NCBI GenBank assembly: GCA_024137785.1 | Contig: JAHRHZ010000267.1 | Location: 18,993,664-19,057,663, forward strand | Length of the DNA stretch: 64,000 nucleotides | Origin: Ginglymostoma cirratum | Lineage: Eukaryota | Direction: 5' to 3' | Shown: piece after piece, positions 34,931-48,954 of the stretch | How positions within the stretch are numbered: position 1 is the first letter of the stretch | Layout: every line of letters begins with the position of its first letter | Position numbers and translations under genes: made by a program | Notes under the pieces: model-generated | Seen by the model: the letters and a program-made list of their open reading frames with translations, nothing else | The model's database searches: none | What the model was told of the DNA's origin: nothing

Positions 34931-37900
34931 AACAATTACTTCAGGAAGGGAGGCCTGGCCAAATTACTTGCCAGAGGCTGGCAGCTCTCCATTACCAGCA
35001 GCACCAACGGAGTTCAAACATGCTCCCTGGAGATAAGTTGGTGGAATAGGTGTTGGATCACGGGGCAGAATTCACTAGCAGGAGGGGTGCATGAGCAGCA
35101 GATGGTGTTCAATTTTATATTGCTGGGTGCTTCAATCAGTTACCCTTCTAAAGTAATGTTGCAAGAGCAAATTTCTTCTGTGAGATAGAGGAAGCACATG
35201 CAAGTTAAGGAGAATCACTGAGCCACCATTAAATTTCAATAATGAAAGCAATTAACCAAAGGAAGGATTTTTCATGTCAGTGCATTTTTGCCGCTGACCT
35301 AATGGGTGCCAGCTTTTGTGTCAGTGAGAATGGAAAGTGTGCTGTCTCTTACCAGCCAGTTCTGGTGGGTCAATGGAGGCCTGGTCATAATTACTAGATA
35401 CCCCACCTTCATTTAGTATCTGCTTTATTGACAATAAACAAACACCAGAATCCAAACAAACGTGCAGGGAGCTAGCTTTTATTTTCTTTTAAATGCACTA
35501 TACCAGTCTGTTTTTGCCCCACATTGCTTGTTAGTTTGCTTAGCTAATTATTGCCACTACCAAAATATTTTTGCTCAACTTACACTACTAAAAATCAGTG
35601 GATAATCTGGTCATTATCTCACTGCTGTTTCTGGGATACTGTTGCATATAAAATGATTAATTCAAACAAACACCAAACGTTCCAGCATGATGCAAACTAA
35701 ATACTGATATTTCGCATCTAGTCCATTTACAATATCACTAAACCAATCTAGGAAAGTTCAAAGTAACATTTGTATTGCGAGGGCCAAATTTCATATCATC
35801 TCTAAATGCCGAAAATAATTATAAATCAAGTGAAGCAATGGTAAGTTAAAAATGTTTGGAATTCACCATAATTGATGAGGAAGAAATGAACTGATATCCT
35901 TTGGCATCTGTCATGAGAACAGGTCTTGTGCCAAACACATTATTTCCCACTATTTGCCCACCCAAAGTAAAAATTGGTCAATAAAACTGCAAAATGCACT
36001 GGCCATACTGAATCTTCATTTTATTGTATACATTACAAATTGGACCCCAATGTCTCTTTCGCCAACTTCACTGATTTACATAAGCATTATCAGAAGACTA
36101 ACAATTTTGTTCTGTTCCCCTAATGTGGATGACAGCTTAAACACATGGTAGTTAAAATTTTAAATTCCCCCACTTAAGAAAGGTTTAGCAATGTCAGACA
36201 TCATGGTGGCAGACTCAGCTTTGTTGGTACAAAGTCAGTCAGATGATGGAAAATTAACGACGCAGTCAAGCAAGCAGAATCAATGAGATGTGTGAAAAAA
36301 AGAACCACTCATGAGTAATGGGAGGAGTGAGTGGGTTGGGAGACACCTCCATGCCCAGCTGATGACATCAGGGAGACGGATCTCTCGAACTTGGGTGTTA
36401 ATGAAGAATGCGCTGAGCAAGGATAATTATTGGTATCACTGAGGGAATTGCTTAGCAAGTTCTGTTAAAAACCTGATAGTGGTGAGATTTCAACATCCCC
36501 CATGTAATAGGTACACTACCAGGAATCAAGGACATGTATTCAGCTTTAACATGAAGAACAGCTCCATGGATAACGGCAGCTTTGGTTTACCAGATTTTTC
36601 TTGTCACCTGAATTCTCAGATTGTCTGTTGCTCAGAGCTCAGACTTAATAATGCTTCATAGACATTTGACCAGTTTGACAGAAGGGAAGGAATTATTGAT
36701 AAGGATGTCAACTAGAGCTGCAGCACTGGAAGCACTGATGAAGAATGCTCTTTTTGTTTTGTTAATTGCCCTGATGGAGACATGGACCTCATTATACCTT
36801 CCTTTTCATTGGCAGGTGAAAAATGGCTTTATCAGCAATAACAGCACAGAGATCCTTGTACCTCAAGGAGTCAATTCTCTAGTTGCAGCAAAACTTCAAA
36901 CTTAAGTAGAATTGAGATATAGGTGTGAAATGACGGCAACATGATTATTGCACATTGGGCAGTTACGCTCATGACATGATGTTGGCAAACCATCTGGTTA
37001 ATGAGGTGTGTCAGGGGTTGGTGATGTGGCCACAACTCATTTCTTCTTTTCTGCATGAAGGAGCCCAAATACTTACACAAATGCAACTTGTGAACTTTTG
37101 GAAAAATACAGTCAGATGGAAAAAAAATTCCAATGGTCAGGATTGAACCTTCCCAGACTCCGTAGAAAGGTAATGTTTCTTTGGATAAATTTACACTTTG
37201 CAGAGTCACTGAAGTTGCATAAATCAATACTGTCTTCCTTGAATGAGCCCCACGTAAAACGGTCCAGTGGTCACCTTGACTGCCACAAGGAGTCTATGTG
37301 AACATTCAAATTTTACAGTGTGTAAAAATAAATGAGCAGCCTATTTACAGGTTGCAATTTTTAGCAAATGTTAGAGTTTTGTCTATTTAAGACTACTCAA
37401 CCATAAATAACAGCACTAGAATTAACTTTAAAATGTTTTATATTTGTTAGTCAAATTCATAATGGATTCAAATCTTCATATATACAATGAAGTTGTCAGA
37501 TGAAGCATTGCAGCTTATTTCTTCAATTTATGTTTACCTAGATTATAGATTTTTCTGCTATCAAGAATTGCTAGCCACTTAAGTATCCATTTTTCTCTTT
37601 AGAAAGGCAGATGCTGTACATGGACCATGTTGGAAGGCATTGCAGAATGTCTGATATTTAAAGGAAACTCTTCTTACAGTTTAGCTCTGTTGCAATGGCA
37701 CCAAATGTCATCTGGCCAAATGGGGTGCAGTGAGCATTGTTTGAAGAGGGAAAGGAGGGGAGGAGAGAGGGAAAGGGAGAGAATCCTATTCAGGACCAGG
37801 TGAATTACTCAGCAAATTAAAATGTACTACAATGCCTAACCCAAGCACCATCAAAGGCAAACACTTGTGGATCTTCTCAAGGGAGCTTAAGGACTTAAAC

Positions 37901-38433
37901 ATGAATCAGAAGAGGTTGCTGCATTCTCAGGCTCCGTTAGTTCCAATACATTGCATTACTTTTTTATGATCCTGAGTAGTTTTTCTTTTATTCCAGCTTG
38001 AAATTACAGGATTTTGGCAGTTACATTAGCTGAGTTTATTTGATTGATGAGATGCCCATCCCTCGAAGCATTTGTTTATGTTAATAAATTGAGAGCGTAT
38101 AGAGAATCTGATATAGCTTGTGAGGGAGATGCTCTGCAGACATTCCAGCGATGTGAATAATTTATCCTATGTTTATGAGTCTGCATTTAATTTGTAAACA
38201 GTAAAATGTAATGGCTCATGGCCTTTGATGGTCTATATCTAGGAGAAGTGTCCAATGTATCAGTCGTTATTAGATTTTTTTGCCACAACATTCCTATGTT
38301 TTGCAGGATTTTCATATGCCATGACAGCCTGCCCTGTCCTGTCCCACTATTTTTTCAAGAAATTCTTCCCATCTGTTGTCTCACAGTGGGACAGAAACAG
38401 CTTTTGAATTAAATTTCCCACTGTCTGTCTTTT

Positions 38434-38673
38434 TTGAAAAAGCTCAACCATTTTATTGATCTTGATGGAGTGAACTCAGAGGACCATGGCATTTATGAAC
38501 CTATGAAAAATGTTCCTGACAAAGTCAAAGAAGCTGTCACAAGATCAGACGCAGAAATTGACAACATCAAACCCAGACATGTCTTGGTTAAATTTGCAGC
38601 TGATGGAATGGGAATCCATAATGTTGTGTTAGAACAAGTGAAGAAGTACTTAAATTTGCAAGTGGGAAAATAA
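38434..38673 (+). mobile_element. Possible hAT (ZNF862-like) transposase fragment
   Basis: HFIDLDGVNSEDHGIYEPMK...LVKFAADGMGIHNVVLEQVKK resembles the hAT LVGFxADGAxVxMGxxNGV segment with a short deletion. Confidence 0.4.
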
Positions 38674-39426
38674 CTGAAAAGTGACATCCAGAAAAGAAAA
38701 TGTCGGTTCTTAGGCTATTTGAACAGAGCTGAAAAGCTGCATCAATCTCTACTAGAGGGTAAGGTAGATGGCAGCAGAAACAGTATTGACCCAGGCGTAA
38801 TTGATTGATGGATGACACAGGCTGGATGTACACTGGCAAGAGAGGGAATTGTGGGGATGGTATATGACAAATAATCATGGCATTCCATGGCAGCAGATTT
38901 CCTGGCAGAACTAGCTACAAGCAGCAGCTGCAGCAGAATGCGTCCAGGAGAAATGACTTCCAAGACCGGGATATGTTTTGTTCCTGGATGACTGAATTTG
39001 ATAACTCAGCAGGTCCATGCCCATTGCATTTTCAACGCCCTCTTTTAAAATTCATTGCAAAACCCAACTTTTCAGCTAATTCTTTACTCCTAAATGCTCA
39101 TTCAATTAAGACAGCAATACTTTGTAATCTATTTTTCCACAACTTCACCTCAACTTGCTGCCATCTGCAGTCCCCACATATACACTTTCAGGAGCTGGCG
39201 GTAGTTACTCAGCTGGGGTGTGACCATCAGGTGCTCGAGATCTGTTTGTTCCCCCGAGAGGACCAGGACTCACTTACTCAATATAAGTGGCAGAGCTGAC
39301 ATATATGCTCCTGCTAGTATTACTGACCTTACTTACAGAGGCAGAGATTCTAACCTGGGATTTTCCTGTTCTGTCCAACCCCAGTCATATAGAACAGCTG
39401 CCATTGAATTAAATAGATATATTCTA

Positions 39427-39530
39427 ATCAACCTGCTCCGAGATGTTCTTACACACCTCTGGATCAAGGTGGAACTTGAATCCAGGCCTCCTAGCTCAGA
39501 GGTAAGGACACTACCATTGTGCCACAAGAC
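39427..39530 (-). mobile_element. Short tRNA-derived SINE (~100 bp)
   Basis: Minus strand tcttgtggcacaatggtagtgtcc...ggattcaagttcc has A and B boxes. A more decayed copy lies on the plus strand at about 45830-45930. Confidence 0.6.
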
Positions 39531-40517
39531 TCCCCCGCCTCCTGCCTTAAACAGTGAGAGAGATTCAGGTCATTGAATGCTTGCATCTGTTCATGTGATC
39601 CAGTTGCTTTGAAGTTGGCCTTTCATCACGAGCTCTGTTACAAAGGTTTTACACAACCAGTGGTCACATTGAAACGAAGCAGAATTGTTCAAAAACTTGT
39701 TCTATTCATTTATTAGATCTATGTGATTCCTGTCCATCTTTTTGGGGCCTTTAAGTATTTGTTTTGGAACCCAGGGTTAACACACTACTCCCCATGTGTG
39801 CACTGGCCAAAATGTTTTGGTTTTTCTAGACTACTCTAAAAGCTCTGGACACCCAAGAGTAATCTAAGAGCTTAGATACAACACTGGCCGCACTTCATAA
39901 AGGGAAGTGTGAGAAGGTGATGTTCCAAAAACAAATGTCACATTATTAAAGCTTCACTTACAAACTATCTTAACAAATTACACCCACCAGGGTCTTTTAC
40001 AACTAAGTCCAAACCAAGAAATGCATTCACAGCTTGTTTATTTGACTCTGTACATTGCTGAGTTCCCAAAACTTGAGAGCTTTCATTCTTGTGTAATTTC
40101 ATATCAAACTTTCTTGGGAGCTAATACCTATTCTACGTTTCATTACTTCACAAATCATTTTTGATGCTACATGATCGCTTCATGTATCAGAATTCCAAAC
40201 ACACATTTAGGATTAGTACCAGTTGTCACCCCTAACATAAATAAAGGTTAGATACTTTGATGCCCTCGCTGCTTTCATTTCCTGTTGACTCCTCCAACCC
40301 CACAAACCTTTGAGATCTTGTTGGTCTTCCAATTCTGACCTCTCTTACATCTCATTTTCTTCACCCCACCATTGATGACATTGCTGGTCATGAAATAGCT
40401 TATGGAGTTGTTATAATGTCACTGAAACCCAAGCTAATGTTCTGGATATGTGGATTCAAATCCCAATAGGGCCAATAGTGAAATTTGAATTTACAGTGGC
40501 CATCACTGTTGACTCAG

Positions 40518-40874
40518 GGGCAGCACGGTGACTCAGTGATAAGTCCTGCTGTCTCACAGCACTAGGGACCTGGGTGCAATTCCAGCCTTGGGGGACTGTG
40601 TGAAGTTTGCACATTTTCCCCATGTCTGTGTGGGTTTCCTCCTGGTGCTCTGGTTTCCTCCCACAGTCCAAAGATTGCAGGTTAGATGGATTGGCCATGT
40701 TAGATTACCCATGGTGTCCAGGGATGTGTAGGTTAGGTGACCTAGCCATGGGAAATGTAGGCTTACAAGCATAGGTTGGGGGAGGTGGGTTGAGTCTGGG
40801 TGGGATGCTTTTCAGAGAGTCGGTGTGGACTAGCTGGGCCAAATGGCCTGGTTCCACAGTGTAGAGATTCTATG
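40518..40874 (+). mobile_element. Near full-length HE1-type V-SINE
   Basis: gggcagcacggtgactcagtg head, V-domain and tail gggccaaatggcctggttccacagtgtagagattctatg. It is inserted into an older L2-like relic (about 40150-41100). Confidence 0.9.
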
Positions 40875-41804
40875 GAATGCTCTTAGCTGTCCTTAGTCCT
40901 TGAATTCCATCCGTAAATGCCACTATTGTTCTATACTTCTTTCCTTTACTTATCACTCATTAAACCTATGTCTTTGAGCAAGAACTTAGACATTTGTCCT
41001 GGCGTCTCCTTCCCTAGACCATCAACAAACCTTGATTTTCAGAACTGCTGTGAAATGTCTGAAGTTTTACTAGGTAAAGGTGATATATAAATGCAAGTCA
41101 TTTTGGATTGGGTGTTCGAGTTCTCATGTTTGCTTACTTTATGAAAATGTATTCATCTGCTACCATGTCTTGACTGATAGAAATTTAAAGTGCAGAAAAC
41201 AGCCATTTCGACTATTTTTCCTATGATGTCTCTACCTTCTCTTTCTTCTTAGCATCTTGGGCTCAAGGATATCCTGATTTCACTCCAGTTTGACAGGTCC
41301 TGAGGCAGCTGATAAGTCCAGTATGCAATTTTGTCACATGTGGGACATGCGTGATTGAAGCGCTGTGCAGATGGGATGTAAGCTCCCTCCAGTGCCTCTT
41401 GAACATCTCCTGTTGAAACCGGTATCACAAGTAAAACGGTTGCTTCTGGCTTCAGGCATATGAAATGTATTCCCTTTGCAAAGAAACTGGTTTTGAACGA
41501 TTGGCCAATTGGTTTGGAAGAGAAAACTTCGATCGGACTACCTTCTTGGTTTGGAGAATCTTGCAGAGGCACTGTTGGTAGTATGTCTAGAGTTTGTGAC
41601 ATTGCTTTAGGCTCTCCAAGTCTTTGAAGGATAGAAGATTGTGACAATCACTTTTGCAAAGGAAGTCATGACCTTAGCTGCACTGGCACTAAAGAAATGA
41701 TAATGCATGAACAAAGATAACATTTCATTTGAAAAGAAGCTGCATTTTTCAAACTGGGCTATATACGTGCAATTTCAGGACCAGTCGCTTCAACACATTT
41801 GTTT

Positions 41805-42920
41805 TTTTTTTAATCAAACTGAATGGGTGGGTGCCATAGAACTAAACCTGATTTTCAGATCTCTGAATCAACAGTTAAGATACAGGTTTCTTAAAAGGGA
41901 CATGATCAAACAATGCTTGACAAATATTTTGTCACATTGCAACAGAGAAAAACAAGATGGAGCTTTTGCGTTCCCATGATGTTGTACATTGTGATGTAAA
42001 AATGCATCTAGATATAATAACTGGTGATGTTACTGGTCCATAAATGAGTGGAAAAATGATTTACTGTTCATCCATAACTGTGGAACAGGAGATTTGAACA
42101 CATAAATGTCTCAAAGATCATGAAACAGGATTCTATATTCCAAAGGCATCCAATCATTAAAACATGAAGGGAAATTAAAGTTAAACAAGGAAGACATAAT
42201 ATTTACATGGAATAAATCTGCACTTTACATCTAGTTGAGGAAATCCTTTGCCTGTCTGATCCTTCTCTTCATGGGCCTTCCCTCTCCCAAAGACACACTT
42301 TCCTCCAGATAGGGTCCGTTTGACGGCTTCGGCTGCCCTTCCTCATCATGGCTATGTACTACTGAAGGTTTTAATGGCAATGCTGAGGGAAAATGCCAAG
42401 TAGGCCAGGTCAATTAATTGTGCCAAGGCCTCCAGCAGCAACCAGTGAGGAAGACCATCAAGCAGAGCAGATGGAGCAGTCAAATTGACCATCTCTGATG
42501 AAAGGATGTGTTTTGGGATGAGTAGGCCTCATGGGGAGAAGGACCAAACAGTCGAAGGATATAACAAAAGGAATTAAGCTTATGTAAATAGCTTGTCTGA
42601 CTGCCTCCTCACTGGGTTAGTTTTTATTCAAAACTAAATGGGTGGTTACCTTAGAACTAAAACCTGATTTTCATATCTGTGAACCAACAGTTAAGGTTCA
42701 GGATTCTTAAAGGGACATTATCAAGCAATGATGGACAAGAATAATAGCCAAGAAAATAATAGACAATTTCAATAATAGACAAGAAAAACCTCAGCACTGG
42801 TGTTCCGACGATGTCACATGCTATCATGTAAAAATCCATTTTGATATAGTCCCCCAGTAACACCACTGGTCAATAAATGAGTGAAAGAATGATGTGTTCT
42901 TGTGTTCTTCATCCATGACT
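41805..42920. repeat. Diverged direct repeat of about 280 bp (41805-42080 and 42620-42920)
   Basis: Shared blocks aatgggtgg, tagaactaaa.cctgattttca, caacagttaag, ttcttaaa.gggacat.atcaa, atgtaaaaat.cat, ctggtc.ataaatgagtg, ttcatccat.actg in the same order. Confidence 0.8.
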
Positions 42921-45150
42921 GAGTCTTGAAGTCCACTGGAAGACTCAGAGGAGAATGCTTTCTGTCCTGATATTGCAACATGCTCCTGAGTGCTTTAATA
43001 CACCACTTTCTTTACTTGGGAAGCTCTTCCGTCAGGATCTTTTCTGAGAGCATTCATAGGCTGGAAGTGAATCAATGTGTGCAAAAACAAGTACAAGGTG
43101 GAAGGACCAGCTGGAAAGCTGTGATGATCTTAAAGCTATGCAACGAGACTGCTTCAGTTTTAAATGAAACTTTTTTTTGCACCAGGTAAAACATGAGTAT
43201 CTAATTCATTGGTTGAATCTGGCATACAGATATATTTCTTAATAATACTTCAGCCAAAGTCAAATGCTGTTAGGCAAAAGTATGGGTCTTAGTCAGAATA
43301 ATTTATATGCTTCACATGGAGAATTTGCATAGGAGCCCCACTTAGGCCTGAGGCTGTTCACTGATTCCTTTCAATACTTTTATCTTCTTGCTTATACTGA
43401 AAAGACTTTGCAGTTCCGTCTTTTATCACATATCATTTCGATCTCCCCTAGCTAGTTACAGCTACTTTAAATATTAATCCAAGCTCTGCAATTATCAATG
43501 CCTCAATTTCTCTCAGATCTCTCTGGTTATTCAGTGCTGCTTTAAAACACCCCTGACCCTTATAAATACTGCATATAGCACTTCTCTAAATCCACTCCGT
43601 ATCTCCAGTTACCACACTGCTTTGATCGAAATCATGAAGCTGTATACATCTGCAGGTGCAGGAAATAACTGGGAATAGTGTTCCATTTGTATCTGCAGTA
43701 ATGAGGCCGTGATAAAAATGCTGATTTTTGTCATTGTGATGATTCTCTAATGCTCAGTCAAAAATGAAAACCCTTTTGTATTTTATATTCTATGTATATG
43801 CATATGCTTGAACCATCATTCAAAACTTAGCAGCTACTTTTCTATGCTCTTAACACTATCCCATCCTGTTCCTGTCTTCTTAACTTTGCTTCAACCAGCT
43901 GAAGGTTATTCATTTATTATCTTCTATTCATATGTAGCAGATCCTTCCAGCTTCTTCCCTCCACTTTGAATACCTATTTGATCTTTTCAGCTTCTCCACA
44001 GCACTACTGTGTTTTTGATTTATTTTAACTGTTCTCCTGAAGTTGTTTACCCCTAGCTGGAAAAGGTTTCATAGCCTCTCAGTCAGTATCACTACCCTAT
44101 ACAAGTAGCTTTCTGTTTAATGCGTAGACCCTGACATTAGATGTTATTAGATTATTAATTCCAGGAGACATTACAGGCTGATCTTTGTTATATCCAAAAT
44201 TCAGACATTGCTAGGTTTTCCAATATGGTTGGTTGGACTGATAATGAGGAGTATGAACTCTTGCTAATTATTTTTTCTTCTTGCTAACCCTGGTATAGTG
44301 AAATGAGTTGTGGTGCCTGCCCAAAACCCTGCAGCTTCCACATTGAGCAAAGTTCAGTAACCAAACTCAGACATTGACTAAACTAAGGAGCTTCAGGTCT
44401 CAGTGGAATGCTTTTATTTGAAGCTTCTGTAATCCCACTGTCTTTCTATTTTCTACAGTGATGCATTGGGAAGACAGGAGGCATAATTTATTTGCCAACC
44501 ATTCACTTTGCTACCTTGGCACTGGTGTTATCACACGGTCTCTATCCATCTCCTATTTTGTACTAAACCATTTGCAACAAGGCTGTAACATTGACCCTGA
44601 ATTTGAGCTTTTATATTGTCAATGCCACTTACTTCCACCACTGTAATATTGCCCTCTGTCATTTTTCAGATTTTCTGCTACTGCAAACTATAATCATGTC
44701 TTTTACACCTCCAATTTTGAATTCTCCAATGTTCTGTGTGTAGGTCTTCCATCAGCCATCCAGTATTAACTCCACTTTGTCCAGAATGTTGCTGCTCAGA
44801 TGCCATTTCACAATAAGTCACTCCCATGCATTACCTTGACTCTCATTGATTGCAGAGACTCCTTGGTTCCAACACATTCAATTTAAGATTTAACTTCAGG
44901 CCCCTTGGTGGACTCACTCCAACCTAGTTCAACAAGTTTCTCCAGCTTGGCATCCCATCCGGACTCCTCAGGTTCACAATTATAGCCACCTGTGAAATCC
45001 CCTTTCCCTTGCTCTCCTAGAAGGAAAAAGCAGTGAAAGAAAACAATAATTCTTGGAAACAAATATACTGAGTATACTGGAGCTCTATTTTGAAGTAACA
45101 AAACAAGTCAAACCAATATATGTCATTCACAAGTCCTGGAAAATGGTTTC

Positions 45151-45285
45151 AGAGATAGTAGGAACTGCAGATGTTGGAGAATCTGAGATAACAAGGTGTA
45201 GAGCTGGATGAACACAGCAGGCCAAGCAGCATCATAGGAGCAGGAAAGCTTGACGTTTCGGGCCTAGACCCTTCTTCAGAAATGG
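45151..45285 (-). mobile_element. Solo PLE family A tail with hammerhead motif (copy 5, 45252-45279)
   Basis: Nearly identical to 25524-25655. Minus strand CTGAAGA-A-GGGTC-TA-GGCCC-GAAA-CGTC. Confidence 0.8.
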
Positions 45286-46429
45286 TACTAGTTACCATAA
45301 GTCATTTCCTCTGGTACTTGTCAAAACTCCTCTACTACTCTTTTCCTCTTTCCTATGTTGTGAATATGTAATCCAAAAATAATTTCAAAGACCAGGTATT
45401 GATTTTTCAATTTCATTGCTGGTTTCAGGTATGAACGACTTTTTAAATAGTCTCCAAGATGGCTGCCAGACCTTTTTACAACTTAAACCTTCTCAAGGCT
45501 CTGGAATTTTCACAGTGGACTATAAAGAGACAGCCCGTGAGACTTATACATTTTCGAATATTAAGGAAACTCTAAAAACAATGATAATACTTTTCTGATA
45601 TTGACTCAATGCTTTTCAGACAAGGAGTAAATTCCACTGAGAGCTTCATTAAAAGAAAGTGGGTTCTGTTCATTATGGAAGTAAAGGTTTCAGCCCAGAT
45701 AGGGGGATAACCCAACTGCCTGAATGGTATTACCATGACATTTATAAGGGACCATGATCTTGCAGGCTAAAAGCCAGTCACATGGACACAGCTAACCATA
45801 GGAGATGCAGGACAGGGTAGGGCAGGAACTCCTGTGGTACACTGACAGTGTTCCTACCTCTATGCTGCAAAGGCCTCGGTTCCAGTCTTACCTACTCTAG
45901 ACAGATATTATGCCACATCTGAACTGTTGGTTTAAAAGTCTCCAAAAAGGCAGGATAAGCTACTAAAGTCTGGAATCAACACAGCTTCTCTCTTTTTCTC
46001 GACAATCTTGTAACATTATGAGAGTTTGACAAAAGAGTGACCAGCTTTACCATCCCTCCTGTCTGAAATCTCCCACTCCTGACATCAAATCAATATCATT
46101 GTCTTCAGAAAAAACAAAAATTGAGCAGCTACATCTTTAAACTAATATGATGGATGATTAAAAAGATATTTCTGTTGCTTATGCATTATCAACTATCTTG
46201 CACCTGCAACTCTGAGCTTGTACATTTCCCTGGTTCTGCACGCTTCATGGAAGTCAGAATGCAATTTTCCCTTTTTAATGATTGTCTATTTTCTTATGAA
46301 GTTATAAAATATGGACTATTAATCTTTAATTCACTTGAAAAAACTCAGCTTGAAATGAGCCAGGACACTTGTAAAACCACTGCAGAAGCCACCATTACCT
46401 GCTAACAATTCTTAAACAATCTTGTCCAG

Positions 46430-46795
46430 GAACTAAAACAGAAAAATCCTGGATAAAGTCACCAGATCTAACAGCACCTGTGGGGAGAAAACAGAGTTAA
46501 CATTTAGAGTATAGTGACCCTTCTTCAGAACTAATAGAATCAAGGGAGGTGAGGAATTTATGCTGAAGAAAGGAGTCAGGGTGTGGGTGAGGAATGAATG
46601 GATGGATGGTGATGGAGAGAGTGAGGAAAACGTTAGGCAGACAAAGGAGCTGTTAATAGTAAATCAAGGAAGAGAAAAAGCTAGATAGGTGACAAAAGTC
46701 ACTGGGCTAAAAACATTAACTCTCTATTTTTTCAGCATCTACAGATGCTGCCAGACTTGCTGCTTTTCTTCAGCACATTCAGTTTTCTCTTCAGA
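46430..46795. mobile_element. PLE family B inverted pseudo-LTR relic, interrupted by a CR1 (the tail resumes at about 47146-47175)
   Basis: Minus copy (acagagttaacattt...gtgacccttcttcagaact) followed by a plus copy (aaacattaactct...acagatgctgccagacttgctg). Confidence 0.6.
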
Positions 46796-47125
46796 TAGAG
46801 TCATGGAATCACACAGGTCAGAAACAGACTCTTTGGCCCAATTTGTCCATACCAACTAAGTTGCCCATCCTAAAATAGCCCCACTTGCCTGTGTTTGGCC
46901 TGTATCCCTCTAAACTTTTCCTATTCGTGTATCCACCCAAATATCTTATGAATGTTGCAACTGTAACTGCATCAATCACTTCCTCTGGTGGTTCATTCCA
47001 CATACAAACCACCCTCTGTATGAAAATGTTGCCCCTTGGGTCCCTTTTAAGTCTTTTTCCTCTCACCTTAAAAAAAAGCCCCCTAGTTTTGAACTTCCTA
47101 CCCTGGGGTAAAGACCTTTGTTATT
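46796..47125 (-). mobile_element. CR1/HER1 LINE 3' fragment
   Basis: Minus ORF RGKRLKRDPRGNIFIQRVVCMWNEPPEEVIDA; tail agagtcatggaatc. Confidence 0.85.
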
Positions 47126-48253
47126 CACAAATTAAACTCCATCAGCCTCCAGCAACCTCAGTTCTTTGCTTTATTATATGAGAAAGAACCGTGCTACCTG
47201 CAGGACTCTGAATATGCAGTTGGAACGCCAGTCACATAACAGCAACCACCTTTCTAGCAAATATAGAAACAGGCCAAACGGCTTGTTGAAAGGTCTTTCC
47301 TTTGAATGATTATGACCAGCTGTAGGTGGAGCATTGTGTGTGCGTTTTCAAAGTCGAAGGATTGCGTTTAAATTTGCATCAACATGCCATGTATTAGAAA
47401 TGAATGTGAACAAAAAGGTCATCAGGACCCATTTTGTAATTTGCCCAACTCTTAAAGGGCTGTCCTTTTCCCCTGTATGCATACATACCTATTTTAAGCA
47501 CTTTGTTTTTAACTTTTGGGCTGAAGGCCATTTTTAATTCTGCTGAAATCACTCTGACAGTACTTTAGCAAACTACTGACTGTAAAGTTTATCAGTTTTC
47601 CTGAGATGATAACATCCTCAGACTACATAACAATAAAGACTATTTGTGGCTTGCAACTTTTTGAAAGTGCAGCAAAAGGAATGTTGCATTGAAAAAACAG
47701 GCTGCATTTCACAGACAAATTTTATCTTTAGTACTGTTTTACTCAATGTTGGAGAATGGTAGATTACAATTCAAAAGAGATTATATCTCCTGTTTAGCAG
47801 ACAGCAGACCCTCAGCTCTCACCAGAGCTTCAAAAGCATCATTGGAACAAACTAAAATATTTTTCTCCTTTGGAGTTAACTTTTAAACTTCACCTCCTCA
47901 AATTGAATTAATGGGGAAAAAAAAATAAGCTGGATTTCCGCGTCCCTTCCATGGTGAGAAGGATGCCCAACAGGTCAGCTTAATCAGGTAAGAGACACAA
48001 AGTCAGATTCACTCCTTCCCATTTATTCGCAGGTTGAGGATGTTGCCAACGGGTGGCAACAAGCATTTCTGTAGGGGTTAGTATCTCATTACTACCATCA
48101 CTCATTGGCATTAACTTTGCCTACCCAATTAACTTCTGCCCGGTTAAGAAACCTGATCTTCAGACAACAAAAAAACAGATGTACACTTATTGAATTGCTC
48201 TACTTATAGTTGCTGCATTGTCCTTGTCATGACTTTAGCTCTCAACCCCAAAG

Positions 48254-48628
48254 TATGAGGGGTGACCTTCTAGAGGTTTATAAGACCGAGAGGGGCTTAG
48301 AAAGGTTAAATAGGCAAGATCTTTTCGCTGGGACTGGGGAGTCAAAAACTAGACGACATAGCTTTAAGGTGAGAGGGCAAAGATTTAAAAGGGGCCTAAA
48401 TGGCAACTTTTTCATGCAGAGGGTGGTGTGTGTATGGAATGAGGTTCCAGTGGAAGTGGTGGAGGCTGGTACAATTACAACCTTCTAAAGGTATCTGGAT
48501 GGGTACATGGGTAGGAAGGGTTTAGAAGGATATGGACCAAATGCTGGCAAATGGAACGAGATTTATCTAGGATATCTGATAGACTGAAGGGTCTGTTTCC
48601 GTGCTGTACATCTCTATGACTTTATGAT
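48254..48628 (+). mobile_element. CR1/HER1 LINE 3' fragment
   Basis: MRGDLLEVYK...KTRRHSFKVRGQRFKRGLNGNFFMQRVVCVWNEVPVEVVEAG; tail gtgctgtacatctctatgact. Confidence 0.85.
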
Positions 48629-48954
48629 TCCACTAGAGACATTTCTAACTTGTAATTTGAAAATGAGTTTTGTTCTTAAAGAGCTGAAGCAGCCAAAAAT
48701 AGCTGCAGATGTAACTTAAGTAGCTGTCTGGAGAGAGACCTATGGAATGTCCCGTTTAAAGATATGAAAGGAACTTCAAACAAGAGTCCGTTTAAAGTGT
48801 GTGGTGGCAAGTCGAACAAATTAACAAACCCTGACTCATCAATAAGGCAGTCCCTGTGGATTATGTTCCAAACTGACCATACATTTTGTGTTTCTCCCTT
48901 TGAAGAATGCACAAAGATAGCAGTTAAAATAACAGTTTGAACTCTAATAGAATG

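Noticed and set aside
36230-39330. Possible second Harbinger relic (Myb-like words at about 36950-37080, GC-richer blocks at 38700-39300)
   Set aside because: The motifs are too weak to support by eye and need a profile search.
45141-45286. Apparent AAATGGT target-site duplication around the solo PLE tail
   Set aside because: The right-hand copy is mostly element sequence and the left one is offset by 3 bp, so it is microhomology at best.
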